From Alphaproteobacteria bacterium (lineage in GTDB: Bacteria; Pseudomonadota; Alphaproteobacteria; GCA-2731375), in contig JAYGEB010000363.1 of the NCBI GenBank assembly GCA_046582595.1, positions 1 through 34,991 of the forward strand: 34,991 nucleotides of DNA, read 5' to 3'. Under the pieces are notes generated by a model. The model did not search any database. It saw nothing but the letters and a program-made list of their open reading frames with translations, and was not told where the DNA came from. The position numbers and the translations under genes were made by a program. Shown piece after piece: positions 1-9,462 of the stretch. Position 1 is the first letter of the stretch. The number at the start of each line of letters is the position of its first letter.

Positions 1-129
1 GCCGTGATGAGCGCCGTCGGCTACAACTTCCGCCTCATCCTCAAGTGGCTGAAGGCTTTGTTGGGCAAAATCATCGCCGCCATTTGGGCCGCCATGATAC
101 CGTTCTCAGCACTCAGAGCCGCTTCTTAA
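1..129 (+). CDS. IS5-family transposase, C-terminal end (truncated by window edge)
   Basis: Frame 1 reads AVMSAVGYNFRLILKWLKALLGKIIAAIWAAMIPFSALRAAS*, matching the 'AxGYNFRxxLxWL' C-terminal signature of IS5-family DDE transposases. Not in the ORF track. Confidence 0.85.
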   Translation, partial: AVMSAVGYNFRLILKWLKALLGKIIAAIWAAMIPFSALRAAS

Positions 130-137
130 CAGACGAC
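121..137 (+). mobile_element. Probable right terminal inverted repeat of the IS5-family element
   Basis: GCTTCTTAACAGACGAC overlaps the transposase stop codon, as is common for IS5-family ends. The left end is outside the window, so pairing cannot be checked. Confidence 0.6.
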
Positions 138-138
138 G

Positions 139-261
139 AAGGACATTGCCATAAACGTCGGCGGGTTGCTCTCGTCATGGAACCCCCTGTGCCACAGCGA
201 ATATTGGACGGATAACGACTTCACCAAGCCGGTTTCGAAATTCATCGCAAGCTTTCTGTAG
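139..261 (+). pseudogene. C-terminal remnant of an IS-interrupted gene (possible alpha/beta-hydrolase-like hypothetical)
   Basis: Start-less frame directly after the IS end: KDIAINVGGLLSSWNPLCHSEYWTDNDFTKPVSKFIASFL*. The WNPLxHxxYW stretch looks like real protein. Confidence 0.6.
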
Positions 262-310
262 GCTGGCGGCGGCCTCGATCCGCCGTGCGATATTGCTATT
301 CCATGCCCGG

Positions 311-556
311 TTATTCCATTCCCAGGGCGTGCTTGTAGGTGTCGATCAGGGCTTCCATTTCCTGCTGATCGGCGCTGTCCATTTTGCGCAATTTGATGAT
401 CTGGCGCATCACCTTGGGATCGAAACCCACCGTCTTGGCCTCGGCATAGACCTCTCGCACGTCCGAGGCCATGGCCGCCTTCTCCTCCTCCAAGCGCTCG
501 ATCCGCTCGATAAACTGCCGCAACCGGTCCGCCGCGATACCACCCACTTCAACCAT
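311..556 (-). CDS. gapR: DUF2312/UPF0335 nucleoid-associated protein GapR
   Basis: LRQFIERIERLEEEK...VYAEAK..GFDPKVMRQIIKLRK family signature. Confidence 0.92.
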   Translation of the reverse strand: MVEVGGIAADRLRQFIERIERLEEEKAAMASDVREVYAEAKTVGFDPKVMRQIIKLRKMDSADQQEMEALIDTYKHALGME

Positions 557-636
557 GCAAAACGTCTCCTCAATTCAGATATTCCCGTTGAACCGCGCGG
601 ACCATAAACAAGCCCCGCCCTGGACGCAACGAAAGC

Positions 637-1911
637 CTATTCAGCAGCCGTGACGCTGGGGTTTCGCGGGTCCTGGCTCCAGTTCATATAGGGTTTGCCG
701 TTGTCCACCGGGACCATTTCGATGCAGTTCTCCACCGGGCAGACATGGGCGCACAGGTTACAGCCGACGCATTCGGCATCGATCGTGCCGAATATTCGAT
801 CGAGACCCGTGCCAGTGACGGAGATGGCCTGGTGGGCGGTATCCTCGCAGACGATGTGACACAGGCCGCACTTGATGCATTTGTCCTGATCGATGCGCGC
901 CACCAATTCGGCATTGATGTTCAAATCCTGCCAGTCCACGAAATTCGGAATGGCCGCGCCATGAAAGTCGGAGATGCGGCCAAATCCCTTGCCGTCCATC
1001 CAATTGCCCAGGCCATCAACCATGTCGTCGATAATCTTGAAACCATAGTGCATGACGCCGGTGCAGACCTGAACATTGTGGGAGCCCAGGGTGATGAATT
1101 CCGCCGCATCACGCCAGGTTTCGATGCCGCCGATGCCGGAAATCGCCATGCCGGAACACTCGGGATCGCGGGCGATCTGGGCCACCAGATTGAGCGCGAT
1201 GGGTTTCACCGCCGGGCCGCAATAGCCGCCATGGCTGCCCTTTCCGTCCACGGTGGGCGTTGGCGCCATGCGGTCGAGATCGACCGAGATGATCGAATTC
1301 ACCGTATTGATCAGCGACACGGCATCGGCCCCGCCCGCCTTCGCCGCCCGCGCCGGGGCCAGGATGTTGGTGACGTTGGGGGTCAATTTCACGAACACCG
1401 GCATCCGGGTCATGGCTTTGCACCAGCGGGTGACCATTTCCACATATTCGGGTACCTGCCCCACGGCGGAGCCCATGCCGCGCTCCGACATGCCGTGGGG
1501 GCAGCCGAAGTTCAGCTCCACGCCATCGGCGCCCGTATCCTCCACCGCGCCGAGAATCTTTTTCCATGGCGCCTCCTCGCACGGCACCATGAGAGAAACC
1601 AGCATCGCCCGGTCCGGCCAGTCCCGCTTGACCTGCTTGATCTCGGCCAGGTTCACGGCCAACGGCCGGTCGGTGATCAGTTCAATATTGGTGAACCCGA
1701 CCATGCGCTGGCCATTGACGGTGGCGGCGCCGTAGCGGGAGGTGGTGTTGACGATGGGCGGATCCTCGCCCAGGGTTTTCCAGACCACGCCGCCCCAGCC
1801 GGCCTTGAAGGCGCGTTCCACATTGTAGGCTTTATCCGTCGGCGGGGCGGAGGCGAGCCAGAACGGGTTGGGCGATTTGATGCCGACGAAGTCGCAACGA
1901 AGATCAGCCAT
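637..1911 (-). CDS. preA: NAD-dependent dihydropyrimidine dehydrogenase subunit PreA
   Basis: NPFWLASAPPT, GWGGVVWKT, ELNFGCPHGMSERGMG and two C-terminal 4Fe-4S motifs (CIKCGLC, CVGCNLC). Confidence 0.95.
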   Translation of the reverse strand: MADLRCDFVGIKSPNPFWLASAPPTDKAYNVERAFKAGWGGVVWKTLGEDPPIVNTTSRYGAATVNGQRMVGFTNIELITDRPLAVNLAEIKQVKRDWPDRAMLVSLMVPCEEAPWKKILGAVEDTGADGVELNFGCPHGMSERGMGSAVGQVPEYVEMVTRWCKAMTRMPVFVKLTPNVTNILAPARAAKAGGADAVSLINTVNSIISVDLDRMAPTPTVDGKGSHGGYCGPAVKPIALNLVAQIARDPECSGMAISGIGGIETWRDAAEFITLGSHNVQVCTGVMHYGFKIIDDMVDGLGNWMDGKGFGRISDFHGAAIPNFVDWQDLNINAELVARIDQDKCIKCGLCHIVCEDTAHQAISVTGTGLDRIFGTIDAECVGCNLCAHVCPVENCIEMVPVDNGKPYMNWSQDPRNPSVTAAE

Positions 1912-1915
1912 CTTT

Positions 1916-3268
1916 CTAGCTCCCCAAATTGGTCAGATAAGCGGCGATGGCCCCGGCGGCGGTCTTGCCGTCCTGGATCGCCTGTACCGTCAGATCCGCG
2001 CCAGCCACGCAATCGCCCCCCGCCCAGACATCGGGCAACGAGGTTCGGCCTGTTTCATCAACGGTAATACGCCCGCCCGCCAGGTCCGGACCGCTATCGG
2101 CTAGGGGCACGAACGCCTGGCCCACCGCCTTGAAGACCATGTCGCAGGCAATGGCTTGTTCGCCACCCGTATCCACCAGCGCGCCGTCCGCGCCTAGTTC
2201 CACGCCCTGGAAGACCGCCCGGCCGACCCCGCCCTCGCCCTCCAGCCGCACGGGCCGCAGCCAGTGCTTAAGCCGCACGCCGTTGGTCTGGGCGAATTCC
2301 TGCTCATGGCGCGTGGCGCCCATTTGAACCGGCCCCCGGCGGTAGACGATGGTGACATCATCGGCGCCAAGACGCTTGGTTTGCACGGCAATATCTATTG
2401 CCGTATTGCCGCCGCCGATGACCACGATGCGGCGGCCCACGGGCAAGGCCGCCAGATCCCCGGCCTGGCGCAGCTCCGCGATGTAGTCGACGGCGTTATG
2501 AACGCCCGCCAATTCGGCGCCCGGCACCTCAAGCGCCCGCACGCCACCCTGCCCCAGGCCCAGAAACACGGCGTCAAATTCGTTGCGCAATCGCGCCAGG
2601 GAGATGTCCCGCCCCAGGGCCTGGCCATAACGGGTTTCGATACCGCCGATGGCGGTGATGAATCTGGTTTCTTCCTGGGCATAGTCATCAGGCACTTTGT
2701 AGGCGGCGATACCGTATTCGTTCAGGCCGCCGGGTTTGGCCCGCCCCTCGAACAAGGTAACGCCGTGGCCCAGGCGGGCAAGGGCATGGGCGCAGGCCAG
2801 GCCCGCCGGCCCCGCCCCCACCACGGCAACGGATTTGCCGGTCTCTGGCGCGCGGGTGAAGGGATGCGGCGCGGCGCGGTCCAGATGATCGGTGGCGTGG
2901 CGCTGCAACAGCCCGATGGCGAGGGGGCGGTCGCCATCGCCGTTACGCACGCAATCGCCCTGGCAAAGAATTTCCGTCGGGCAGACGCGGGCGCAACTGC
3001 CACCCATGATGTTCTCTTTCAGGATGGTCATGGCGGCGCCCGTAAGATTGGCGGTGGCGATGGCGCGGATAAAGCCGGGGATATCGATGCCCGTGGGACA
3101 GGCGGCGATACAGGGCGCCTCATAACAGAAGTAACAACGATTGGCCTCGGCCAGCGCGCCGGCTTCATCAAGGGGCACATGCACGTCGGCGAAATTTTCG
3201 GCCAGGACCGCCCGGCTCAATCGTCCGGCCTGAATATCCACCCCATCGGTCATTGGTTCCCCGCTCAT
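1916..3268 (-). CDS. preT: Dihydropyrimidine dehydrogenase subunit PreT (GltD-like flavoprotein)
   Basis: RCYFCYEAPCIAACP Fe-S motif, GAGPAG and GGGNTAID dinucleotide-binding motifs; ends 4 bp before preA. Start may be 3253. Confidence 0.92.
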   Translation of the reverse strand: MSGEPMTDGVDIQAGRLSRAVLAENFADVHVPLDEAGALAEANRCYFCYEAPCIAACPTGIDIPGFIRAIATANLTGAAMTILKENIMGGSCARVCPTEILCQGDCVRNGDGDRPLAIGLLQRHATDHLDRAAPHPFTRAPETGKSVAVVGAGPAGLACAHALARLGHGVTLFEGRAKPGGLNEYGIAAYKVPDDYAQEETRFITAIGGIETRYGQALGRDISLARLRNEFDAVFLGLGQGGVRALEVPGAELAGVHNAVDYIAELRQAGDLAALPVGRRIVVIGGGNTAIDIAVQTKRLGADDVTIVYRRGPVQMGATRHEQEFAQTNGVRLKHWLRPVRLEGEGGVGRAVFQGVELGADGALVDTGGEQAIACDMVFKAVGQAFVPLADSGPDLAGGRITVDETGRTSLPDVWAGGDCVAGADLTVQAIQDGKTAAGAIAAYLTNLGS

Positions 3269-3310
3269 GTTTTCCGCGAACGATGAAAGTGTAGCGAAAA
3301 CCGCCGGGCT

Positions 3311-3931
3311 TTAGGTTGTTTTTTTCCCGCCGATCCTAGGCTCCTCGCCCTTCACCAGGCGCCGGATGTTCTGATGATGGCGGATGAAAACCAACACCGC
3401 CATGAAGGCCGCCAGTTCCATGATCTGCCAATTTCCCAGCCAATAGGCATAGCCCGGCCCCACCAGGGCGGCGATCAAGGCGGAGAGCGAGGAATAGCGC
3501 GACGCAAAGGCGACCACCAGCCAGGTCAGGCAGCACAACAAACCGGCCGGCCAATTGATTGCCAGCAGGACGCCCAGATAGGTGGCGACGCCCTTGCCGC
3601 CCCTGAACTTCAGCCAAACCGGGAACAGATGGCCAATGAAGGCGCCGGCGCCCGCCAAGACGGCCGTGTCCGGCCCATACATATTGGCCAGCAGAACCGC
3701 CACCGCCCCCTTGCCGCCATCCAGGATCAGGGTCATGGCGGCCAGACCCTTATTGCCGGTGCGCAAGACATTGGTGGCGCCGATACTGCCCGAACCGATG
3801 GCGCGCACATCACCCAGGCCCGCCAGCCGGGTCAGCACCAGGCCAAAGGGGATGGAGCCCAGCAAATAGCCGAAGGCGGCGGCGGCCCAAAAAGGCCAGG
3901 TATAGGTAAAATCGCCCAGTGGCACCGGCAT
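3311..3931 (-). CDS. plsY: Glycerol-3-phosphate acyltransferase PlsY
   Basis: [31 protein letters not shown] and RHHQNIRRL motifs. Confidence 0.95.
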   Translation of the reverse strand: MPVPLGDFTYTWPFWAAAAFGYLLGSIPFGLVLTRLAGLGDVRAIGSGSIGATNVLRTGNKGLAAMTLILDGGKGAVAVLLANMYGPDTAVLAGAGAFIGHLFPVWLKFRGGKGVATYLGVLLAINWPAGLLCCLTWLVVAFASRYSSLSALIAALVGPGYAYWLGNWQIMELAAFMAVLVFIRHHQNIRRLVKGEEPRIGGKKTT

Positions 3932-5235
3932 CAGCCCTGTTCCCCGTCGGGATCGGAATACACCACCTTACCATCGACAATGGTGCGCCAGGGCCGCCCC
4001 TGCACGGGCCGGCCATGATAGGGGGTGTTTTGCGACTTGCTGTGGAAGCGGTCTTCGTCGATGCGCCAGGGCTTATCCGGGTCGAACACCAAAATATCGG
4101 CCGGAGCGCCAGGCGATAATTTACCCCCGCGCAGACCAAGCAATTGCGCCGGCCGCGAAGTCATGGTGGCAAGCAGATCCAGCAGGCTCAGATCGCCGTT
4201 ATGGTACAATTCCAACGCCAGGGGCAGCATGGTTTCGAGGCCGATGATGCCGGTCGCCGCCAACTCGAACGGCAGACGTTTGGATTCCACATCTTGCGGA
4301 TCATGGCAGGAACAGATCACGTCGATGGTGCCATCGGCCAAACCGGCCACCACCGCCTTTCGATCCGCTTCCGCCCGTAGGGGCGGCGCGGTCTTGGCGA
4401 AACTGCGGTATTCCCCCACCGCGACCTCGTTCAAGGCGAAACTGTGCACGGCCGCGGCGGCGGTAACCCGCAAGCCCCGCGCCTTGCCCCGCGCCATGGC
4501 CTCGATCGCCTGTTCCGTCGACAGGCAGGCGGCGTGATAACGGCCCCCGGTCATCTCCACCAGGCGCAAATCCCGCTCCACCATGATGGTTTCGGCCTGG
4601 GTCGGGATGCCCGGCAGGCCCAGGCGCATGGCGACTTCGCCCGCGTTCATCACGCCATTGCCGGCCAGACGCGGTTCCTCCGTATAATGGCAGATCAGCA
4701 GATCGAAGGCGGAGGCGTAGCTGAGGACCCGGCGCATCACCTGGGCGTCGGCCACCGTGCGGTCCGCATCGGTGAAGGCCACCGCGTCGGCCTCGGCCAA
4801 CAATCCCAGTTCCGCCATCTGCTCGCCCATGAGGCCCTTGGTAATGGCGGCCATGGGGTGGATGCGCACCACGGCCTTATCGCGGGCCTGGCGTTTGATG
4901 TATTCCACCAGGGCGACATCGTCGATCACCGGCTCCGTGTTCGGTTGCACGATGATGCAGGTAACGCCGCCCGCGGCGGCCGCCAACGAGGCCGAGGCCA
5001 GGGTTTCCTTATGCTCGGCGCCGGGCTCTCCGACAAAGACGCGCATGTCGATCAGGCCGGGACATAGCACCCGGCCGCCGCAATCCACCACCGCCATGCC
5101 GTCCGGGACGCCGTTGCGGAACAATTCAGGCCCCAAGTCGATGATTTGACCGTCCTGGGTCAGCAGCGCGCCGGGACTGTCAAGGCCGCTGGCCGGGTCG
5201 ATCAGGCGGGCGTTGATGTAGGCGGCCGTGGTCAT
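3931..5235 (-). CDS. pyrC: Dihydroorotase-like protein, probably the catalytically inactive PyrC' type
   Basis: Amidohydrolase fold ([21 protein letters not shown]) overlapping pyrB. HxH is replaced by DMRVF and the catalytic Asp is lost (SCHDP). Confidence 0.88.
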   Translation of the reverse strand: MTTAAYINARLIDPASGLDSPGALLTQDGQIIDLGPELFRNGVPDGMAVVDCGGRVLCPGLIDMRVFVGEPGAEHKETLASASLAAAAGGVTCIIVQPNTEPVIDDVALVEYIKRQARDKAVVRIHPMAAITKGLMGEQMAELGLLAEADAVAFTDADRTVADAQVMRRVLSYASAFDLLICHYTEEPRLAGNGVMNAGEVAMRLGLPGIPTQAETIMVERDLRLVEMTGGRYHAACLSTEQAIEAMARGKARGLRVTAAAAVHSFALNEVAVGEYRSFAKTAPPLRAEADRKAVVAGLADGTIDVICSCHDPQDVESKRLPFELAATGIIGLETMLPLALELYHNGDLSLLDLLATMTSRPAQLLGLRGGKLSPGAPADILVFDPDKPWRIDEDRFHSKSQNTPYHGRPVQGRPWRTIVDGKVVYSDPDGEQG

Positions 5236-6212
5236 GGCGCTGTGTGTTCCGGGCCCACGGCCGGTTGGTTCGAGGGCTGGCGGGAGAGCAGGTCGAGCAC
5301 GGCCATGCGCACCGCGACGCCCATCTCCACCTGCTCGCGGATCACGCTGCGGTTGATATCATCGGCCAGTTCACTGTCGATTTCCACGCCCCGGTTCATC
5401 GGCCCCGGATGCATGATCAGGGCCTCCGGTTTGGCCTTGGCCAGTTTGGCCCGGTCCAGACCGAAGAAATGATAATATTCCCGGGTCGAGGGCACATAGG
5501 CGCCGTTCATGCGTTCGTTTTGCAGGCGCAGCATCATCACGATATCCACATCCGCCAAGCCGGCCGCCATGTCGTGAAAGACCTCCACCCCCATGCGGTC
5601 CATGGCGCCGGGCAGCAGGGTCGGCGGGGCGATGGCGCGGACATGGGCGCCCATGATGTTCAACAGCATGATGTTGGAGCGGGCCACCCGGCTGTGCAGA
5701 ATATCGCCGCAAATGGCCACGGTCAGGCCATGCAGGCGGCCCAGCCGCCGGCGGATGGTCAGGGCATCCAGCAGGGCCTGGGTGGGATGTTCGTGGCTGC
5801 CGTCGCCGGCGTTGATGACGCTGCAATCCATCTTCTGGCTCAACAGCGCCACGGCGCCCGAATGAGGGTGGCGCACGACCAGGGCGTCGGGGTGCATGGC
5901 GTTCAAGGTGGCCGCCGTATCGATCAGGGTTTCACCTTTTTTGATGGCCGAGGCGGTGGCCGTCATATTGATGACATCGGCGCCCAGGCGCTTGCCGGCC
6001 AATTCGAACGAGGTGCGGGTCCGGGTGGAGGTTTCGAAAAACAGATTGATCTGCGTGCGGCCGCCAAGGATCGACCGCTTCTTGTCAACCTGGCGGTTTT
6101 GCGCCACGTATTCGTCGGAAAGATCCAGGATTTCCGAAATATCGGACGGCGATAGCCCCTCAATCCCAAGGAGGTGACGAAAAGGCGGCGCGCTCGAAGA
6201 AATATCGCTCAT
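5232..6212 (-). CDS. pyrB: Aspartate carbamoyltransferase catalytic subunit
   Basis: [29 protein letters not shown] and [11 protein letters not shown] motifs. Confidence 0.97.
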   Translation of the reverse strand: MSDISSSAPPFRHLLGIEGLSPSDISEILDLSDEYVAQNRQVDKKRSILGGRTQINLFFETSTRTRTSFELAGKRLGADVINMTATASAIKKGETLIDTAATLNAMHPDALVVRHPHSGAVALLSQKMDCSVINAGDGSHEHPTQALLDALTIRRRLGRLHGLTVAICGDILHSRVARSNIMLLNIMGAHVRAIAPPTLLPGAMDRMGVEVFHDMAAGLADVDIVMMLRLQNERMNGAYVPSTREYYHFFGLDRAKLAKAKPEALIMHPGPMNRGVEIDSELADDINRSVIREQVEMGVAVRMAVLDLLSRQPSNQPAVGPEHTAP

Positions 6213-6290
6213 CAAAAGGCGATCTTATAGGATCGCCGGTGTGTAAAGGCAACCGGCTTTGGCGCCGTATGTTTAGATTGGACCACGACC

Positions 6291-6587
6291 ATGACCCAAA
6301 CCGACCCCGGCCGGCTTGATCCCAAAGGCCGCGTCATGATGATTTCCGGCCCGGACAAGGGCATTGGCGCCGCCATTGCCCAGCGTCCGCGCCGGGAGAG
6401 CCATGATTTGAGCCTGGCCCGCCGCCCGCCCGCCGGCCTTCGGGAGCCCCTTGGCGAAGGCCGTATGCATCGCCCTTCCGATGCGGTTGATCCCGAATCG
6501 CCCCACGCCAGGGCGGGCGCCACTGGCGCAAGGTTCGGCCGCATTGACGGCCCGATCGACAATATCCCGTCCGGGGCCGTGCCGTGA
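6291..6587 (+). pseudogene. Decayed N-terminal fragment of a short-chain dehydrogenase/reductase
   Basis: GRVMMISGPDKGIGAAIA (degenerate TGxxxGIG) and ARFGRIDGPIDNI (degenerate FGRIDxLVNNAG); stops at 98 aa with no YxxxK. Confidence 0.7.
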
Positions 6588-6976
6588 CCGTCCGGGCGCG
6601 CGATTGGTCCCTCTGTTTCGCCGGTATTGCCGGCGCCATCGCCGTCTTGGTGGCGGCCGGCACCGCCCATGGGCCCGCCGGTACATTGGCGCCCGAGGAT
6701 ATGGCCCGTATTCAGACCGCCGTGCAATATCAGATCTGGCACGCCCTGGCGCTGTTGGGCACGGCGGCATTTGCCTTGGGGACGCCTTCGGCCCTGCCGC
6801 GGGCCGCCGCTCTGTGCTTTGCCCTGGGCAGCGTGCTGTTTTGCGGCGGCTTGTATCTGCTGGCATATTCGGGCCTGGCACTGTTTGCCTGGGTGGTGCC
6901 CGTGGGCGGCCTGACTTTCGTGGCGGGCTGGCTGTCCTTGGCCGCCCATGGATGGCATGGGCGCAAGGGCGAATAA
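6584..6976 (+). CDS. DUF423 family small membrane protein
   Basis: AGTAHG, TAVQYQIWHALAL, LFCGGLY and PVGG...GW pattern of the YgdD/TMEM256 family; GTG start overlaps the upstream TGA. Confidence 0.85.
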   Translation: MTVRARDWSLCFAGIAGAIAVLVAAGTAHGPAGTLAPEDMARIQTAVQYQIWHALALLGTAAFALGTPSALPRAAALCFALGSVLFCGGLYLLAYSGLALFAWVVPVGGLTFVAGWLSLAAHGWHGRKGE

Positions 6977-7033
6977 GCGCGCCGATGGCGTGCTGTTTTT
7001 CATGCTAGGAATGCAACAAGTTTTACTTCTTTC

Positions 7034-7888
7034 ATGAAGCTGGACCTTATGCCCCTGGTTTCAATACTCATGGCCGCCTACCGCGTCGAAGACACCGTTC
7101 GGGCGGCGGTGGCCAGCGTACTGGACCAGAACCATGAGCATTGGGAGCTGATTATCGCATCGGATTGCGGCACCGATTATCTTGCCGTTTGCCGCGCGGG
7201 CGGTCTGCGCGACGGGCGCATCCGCATGGTGGCGACGCCGTTTCTGGCTTCGGGCCCGTCAGCCGCCCGCAATGCCGCTCTGGAAGCCGCGAAAGGTGAA
7301 TTCATCACCATCCTGGACGGCGACGACACCTGGCGGCCGGAGCGCCTGGCGGCCCTGCTGCCCTTGGCGAAGGTTTCCGGGCTGGCCTGCGACAATACCC
7401 GCGCCATGACGCCGGATGGCCGCGAGATCGCGACCGCCCATCCGGTCGGCGCGGCTGCGCGGGAGATCGATGCACTGGCCATGATGACCAGCGGCATGCC
7501 GCATTTTCCGCTGCTGCGGCGGGAACTCGCCTCTCCCGGCTACCGGCCAGAATTGCGCTTCGCCGAGGACGTGGTGTTCAACATGGAACTGATCGCCCGT
7601 GCCGGAGCCATGACGCTTCTGCCCCAACCCTTGACCCATTATATTCAATGGCCGAACAGCGCCACCAACGCCCAAGACGCCTGGCGGCGGGCCGAAACCG
7701 CTTACGGACAAATTAACGCCATGTTGCTGCGGGGCGAGGTAACGATTCCCACCGACCAGCGGGCCGCCATCGTCGAGGCCTTTGCGGAAAAGCGGCGGCT
7801 GAATTTGGCCTATGGCGCGGCGGTGCAGGCGGGCAAGGCCACGACGTTCCAGGCTTTCATGGCGGCCCGGAACTTGGACGGGGATTAA
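7034..7888 (+). CDS. Glycosyltransferase family 2 (ExoO/ExoU-like)
   Basis: PLVSILMAAY, WELIIASD, GPSAARN, LDGDD (DxD) and FAED motifs. Confidence 0.88.
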   Translation: MKLDLMPLVSILMAAYRVEDTVRAAVASVLDQNHEHWELIIASDCGTDYLAVCRAGGLRDGRIRMVATPFLASGPSAARNAALEAAKGEFITILDGDDTWRPERLAALLPLAKVSGLACDNTRAMTPDGREIATAHPVGAAAREIDALAMMTSGMPHFPLLRRELASPGYRPELRFAEDVVFNMELIARAGAMTLLPQPLTHYIQWPNSATNAQDAWRRAETAYGQINAMLLRGEVTIPTDQRAAIVEAFAEKRRLNLAYGAAVQAGKATTFQAFMAARNLDGD

Positions 7889-7944
7889 TCTGACGGAAGA
7901 CGCCATTCCGCCTTGGCAAATGGCCAAATTTGTTGGAGGTTATG

Positions 7945-7980
7945 TGGCCCGGTCGGTTTCCTTGGCCGGGCCAACGTTTT
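7945..7980 (+). terminator. Possible terminator hairpin after the GT2 gene
   Basis: TGGCCCGGTCGG-TTTCC-TTGGCCGGGCCA, a 12-bp stem with G-U pairs, followed by ACGTTTT. Confidence 0.35.
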
Positions 7981-8056
7981 CATGTGCGCGCTCGCCCGGT
8001 GGTCATCGGTCTGGCGGCGGACGGAAACGTCATTCATCCTAGGGAGGACAATTATA

Positions 8057-9379
8057 ATGAAGATATTGAGAAAGCCCGGTGGGGCGGTACTGCTGGCGGC
8101 GGGTTTGGCCGCCGGCGCGGCCGCGGGCGTTGCCAATGCGGCCGAAACGGTGGTCATGGCGGTGCCGACATTTTTAACCGGCGCCGGCGCGCCGGCCTTT
8201 GGCGTACCGGCCCGCAACGGGGCCGAGATTATCATCGATGCGATCAACAAGGGCAAATTGCCGGCGCCGTATGACAATAGCGGCAAGGGTCTGGCGGGCC
8301 GCCAGATCGAGGCCTTGATCTATGACGAATCCGGCGGCGGCGTGAAGCAGGTCGCTGAATTCCGCAACAAGGTGCAGAAACAGGGCGTGGATCTGTTCGT
8401 CGGCTATATTTCTTCCGGGACTTGCGCCGCCATCACCCCGGTGGCCGAGGAATTGAAGATGCTGACGATCTTTCCGATCTGCGGCACGCCGCGGATATTC
8501 GAGGAAATCGACAAGAATCCAAAATACGTCTTCCGCACCATGGGCCATGCGACGGCCGACGGCGTGGCCGAGGCATTGTATGTCAAGGCCAATCTGCCCA
8601 ACATCAAGGGCTATACCGGGATCAATCAGAACTACGCCTGGGGACAGGATTCCTGGCGTGATTTCGATCTGGCGATGAAGCACTTGATGCCATCCGTGCC
8701 GGCCTCGGACAAAACCCAATGGCCAAAAATCTTCTCCGGCCAGTATGGCGCCGAAATCTCGGCCTTGATGCTGTCGAAGGAGCGGCTGGTGCATTCCAGC
8801 CTGTGGGGCGGCGATCTGGAAGCCTTCATCTTCCAGGGTTCGGCCCGCGGCCTGTTCCGCAAGAAGCAACTACTGTTCTCGGTGGCCGATACCTCCGTCT
8901 ACCGGCTCGGTAAAAAGGCGCCGGCCGGCGCCATTCTCGGCGCCCGTGGCCCCTATGGCATCTTCGCCGCCAAAATCGATACGCCGCTGAACAATTGGTT
9001 CCGCAAGGTTTATCAGGACCGCTATTCGGTTCCCCCCGTGGGCGGTTCCTATCAGGCGGCCCAAGGCGTGCTGGCGGCCAAATTCGCCTACGACAAGGCT
9101 GCCGCGGCCAATGGAGGCAAGTTCCCCACCACGGAACAGGTCATTGCCGCGTTGGAAGGTTCGACCTTCCAGGGCATTGCGGCACCCGTCCACATGAACC
9201 GCTCCAACGGCCATCAGGCCGCCACCAAGCACATGATCGGCGTGCTGCAATGGGACAAGGAAGCGGGCGAACCCATCATGACGAAAGTCACCGTATTTGG
9301 GCCTGACTGTGTCATGCCGCCCGCGGGCGTCAACGGCACGGAGTGGCTGAAAGGCGGCATGAAGGGCGCTAAGTGCTAG
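8057..9379 (+). CDS. ABC transporter substrate-binding protein, Liv/HAAT family
   Basis: GGAGG RBS before ATG 8057, signal peptide ending ANA-AE, GYISSG and NQNYAWGQDSW motifs. Confidence 0.88.
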   Translation: MKILRKPGGAVLLAAGLAAGAAAGVANAAETVVMAVPTFLTGAGAPAFGVPARNGAEIIIDAINKGKLPAPYDNSGKGLAGRQIEALIYDESGGGVKQVAEFRNKVQKQGVDLFVGYISSGTCAAITPVAEELKMLTIFPICGTPRIFEEIDKNPKYVFRTMGHATADGVAEALYVKANLPNIKGYTGINQNYAWGQDSWRDFDLAMKHLMPSVPASDKTQWPKIFSGQYGAEISALMLSKERLVHSSLWGGDLEAFIFQGSARGLFRKKQLLFSVADTSVYRLGKKAPAGAILGARGPYGIFAAKIDTPLNNWFRKVYQDRYSVPPVGGSYQAAQGVLAAKFAYDKAAAANGGKFPTTEQVIAALEGSTFQGIAAPVHMNRSNGHQAATKHMIGVLQWDKEAGEPIMTKVTVFGPDCVMPPAGVNGTEWLKGGMKGAKC

Positions 9380-9391
9380 CAATGTTTCATT

Positions 9392-9428
9392 CGGGGACGC
9401 CGGGTTTTCGGCGTCCCCGGAGCTTTTA
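9392..9428 (+). terminator. Intercistronic hairpin after the binding-protein gene
   Basis: Perfect 11-bp stem CGGGGACGCCG-GGTTTT-CGGCGTCCCCG followed by GAGCTTTT; typical partial terminator or mRNA stabiliser in ABC operons. Confidence 0.7.
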
Positions 9429-9462
9429 TAGTTTTTGATATCTCCAAAATAGCGAGCCTACA

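Noticed and set aside
745-6155. Long antisense ORFs (440, 340, 303 aa etc.) opposite preA, preT and pyrB
   Set aside because: Shadow frames of high-GC coding strands with no motifs; the same applies to antisense ORFs over the ABC, MFS and mrp genes.
7913-8056. N-terminal extension of the binding protein in the ORF track
   Set aside because: RBS and signal peptide indicate the start at 8057.
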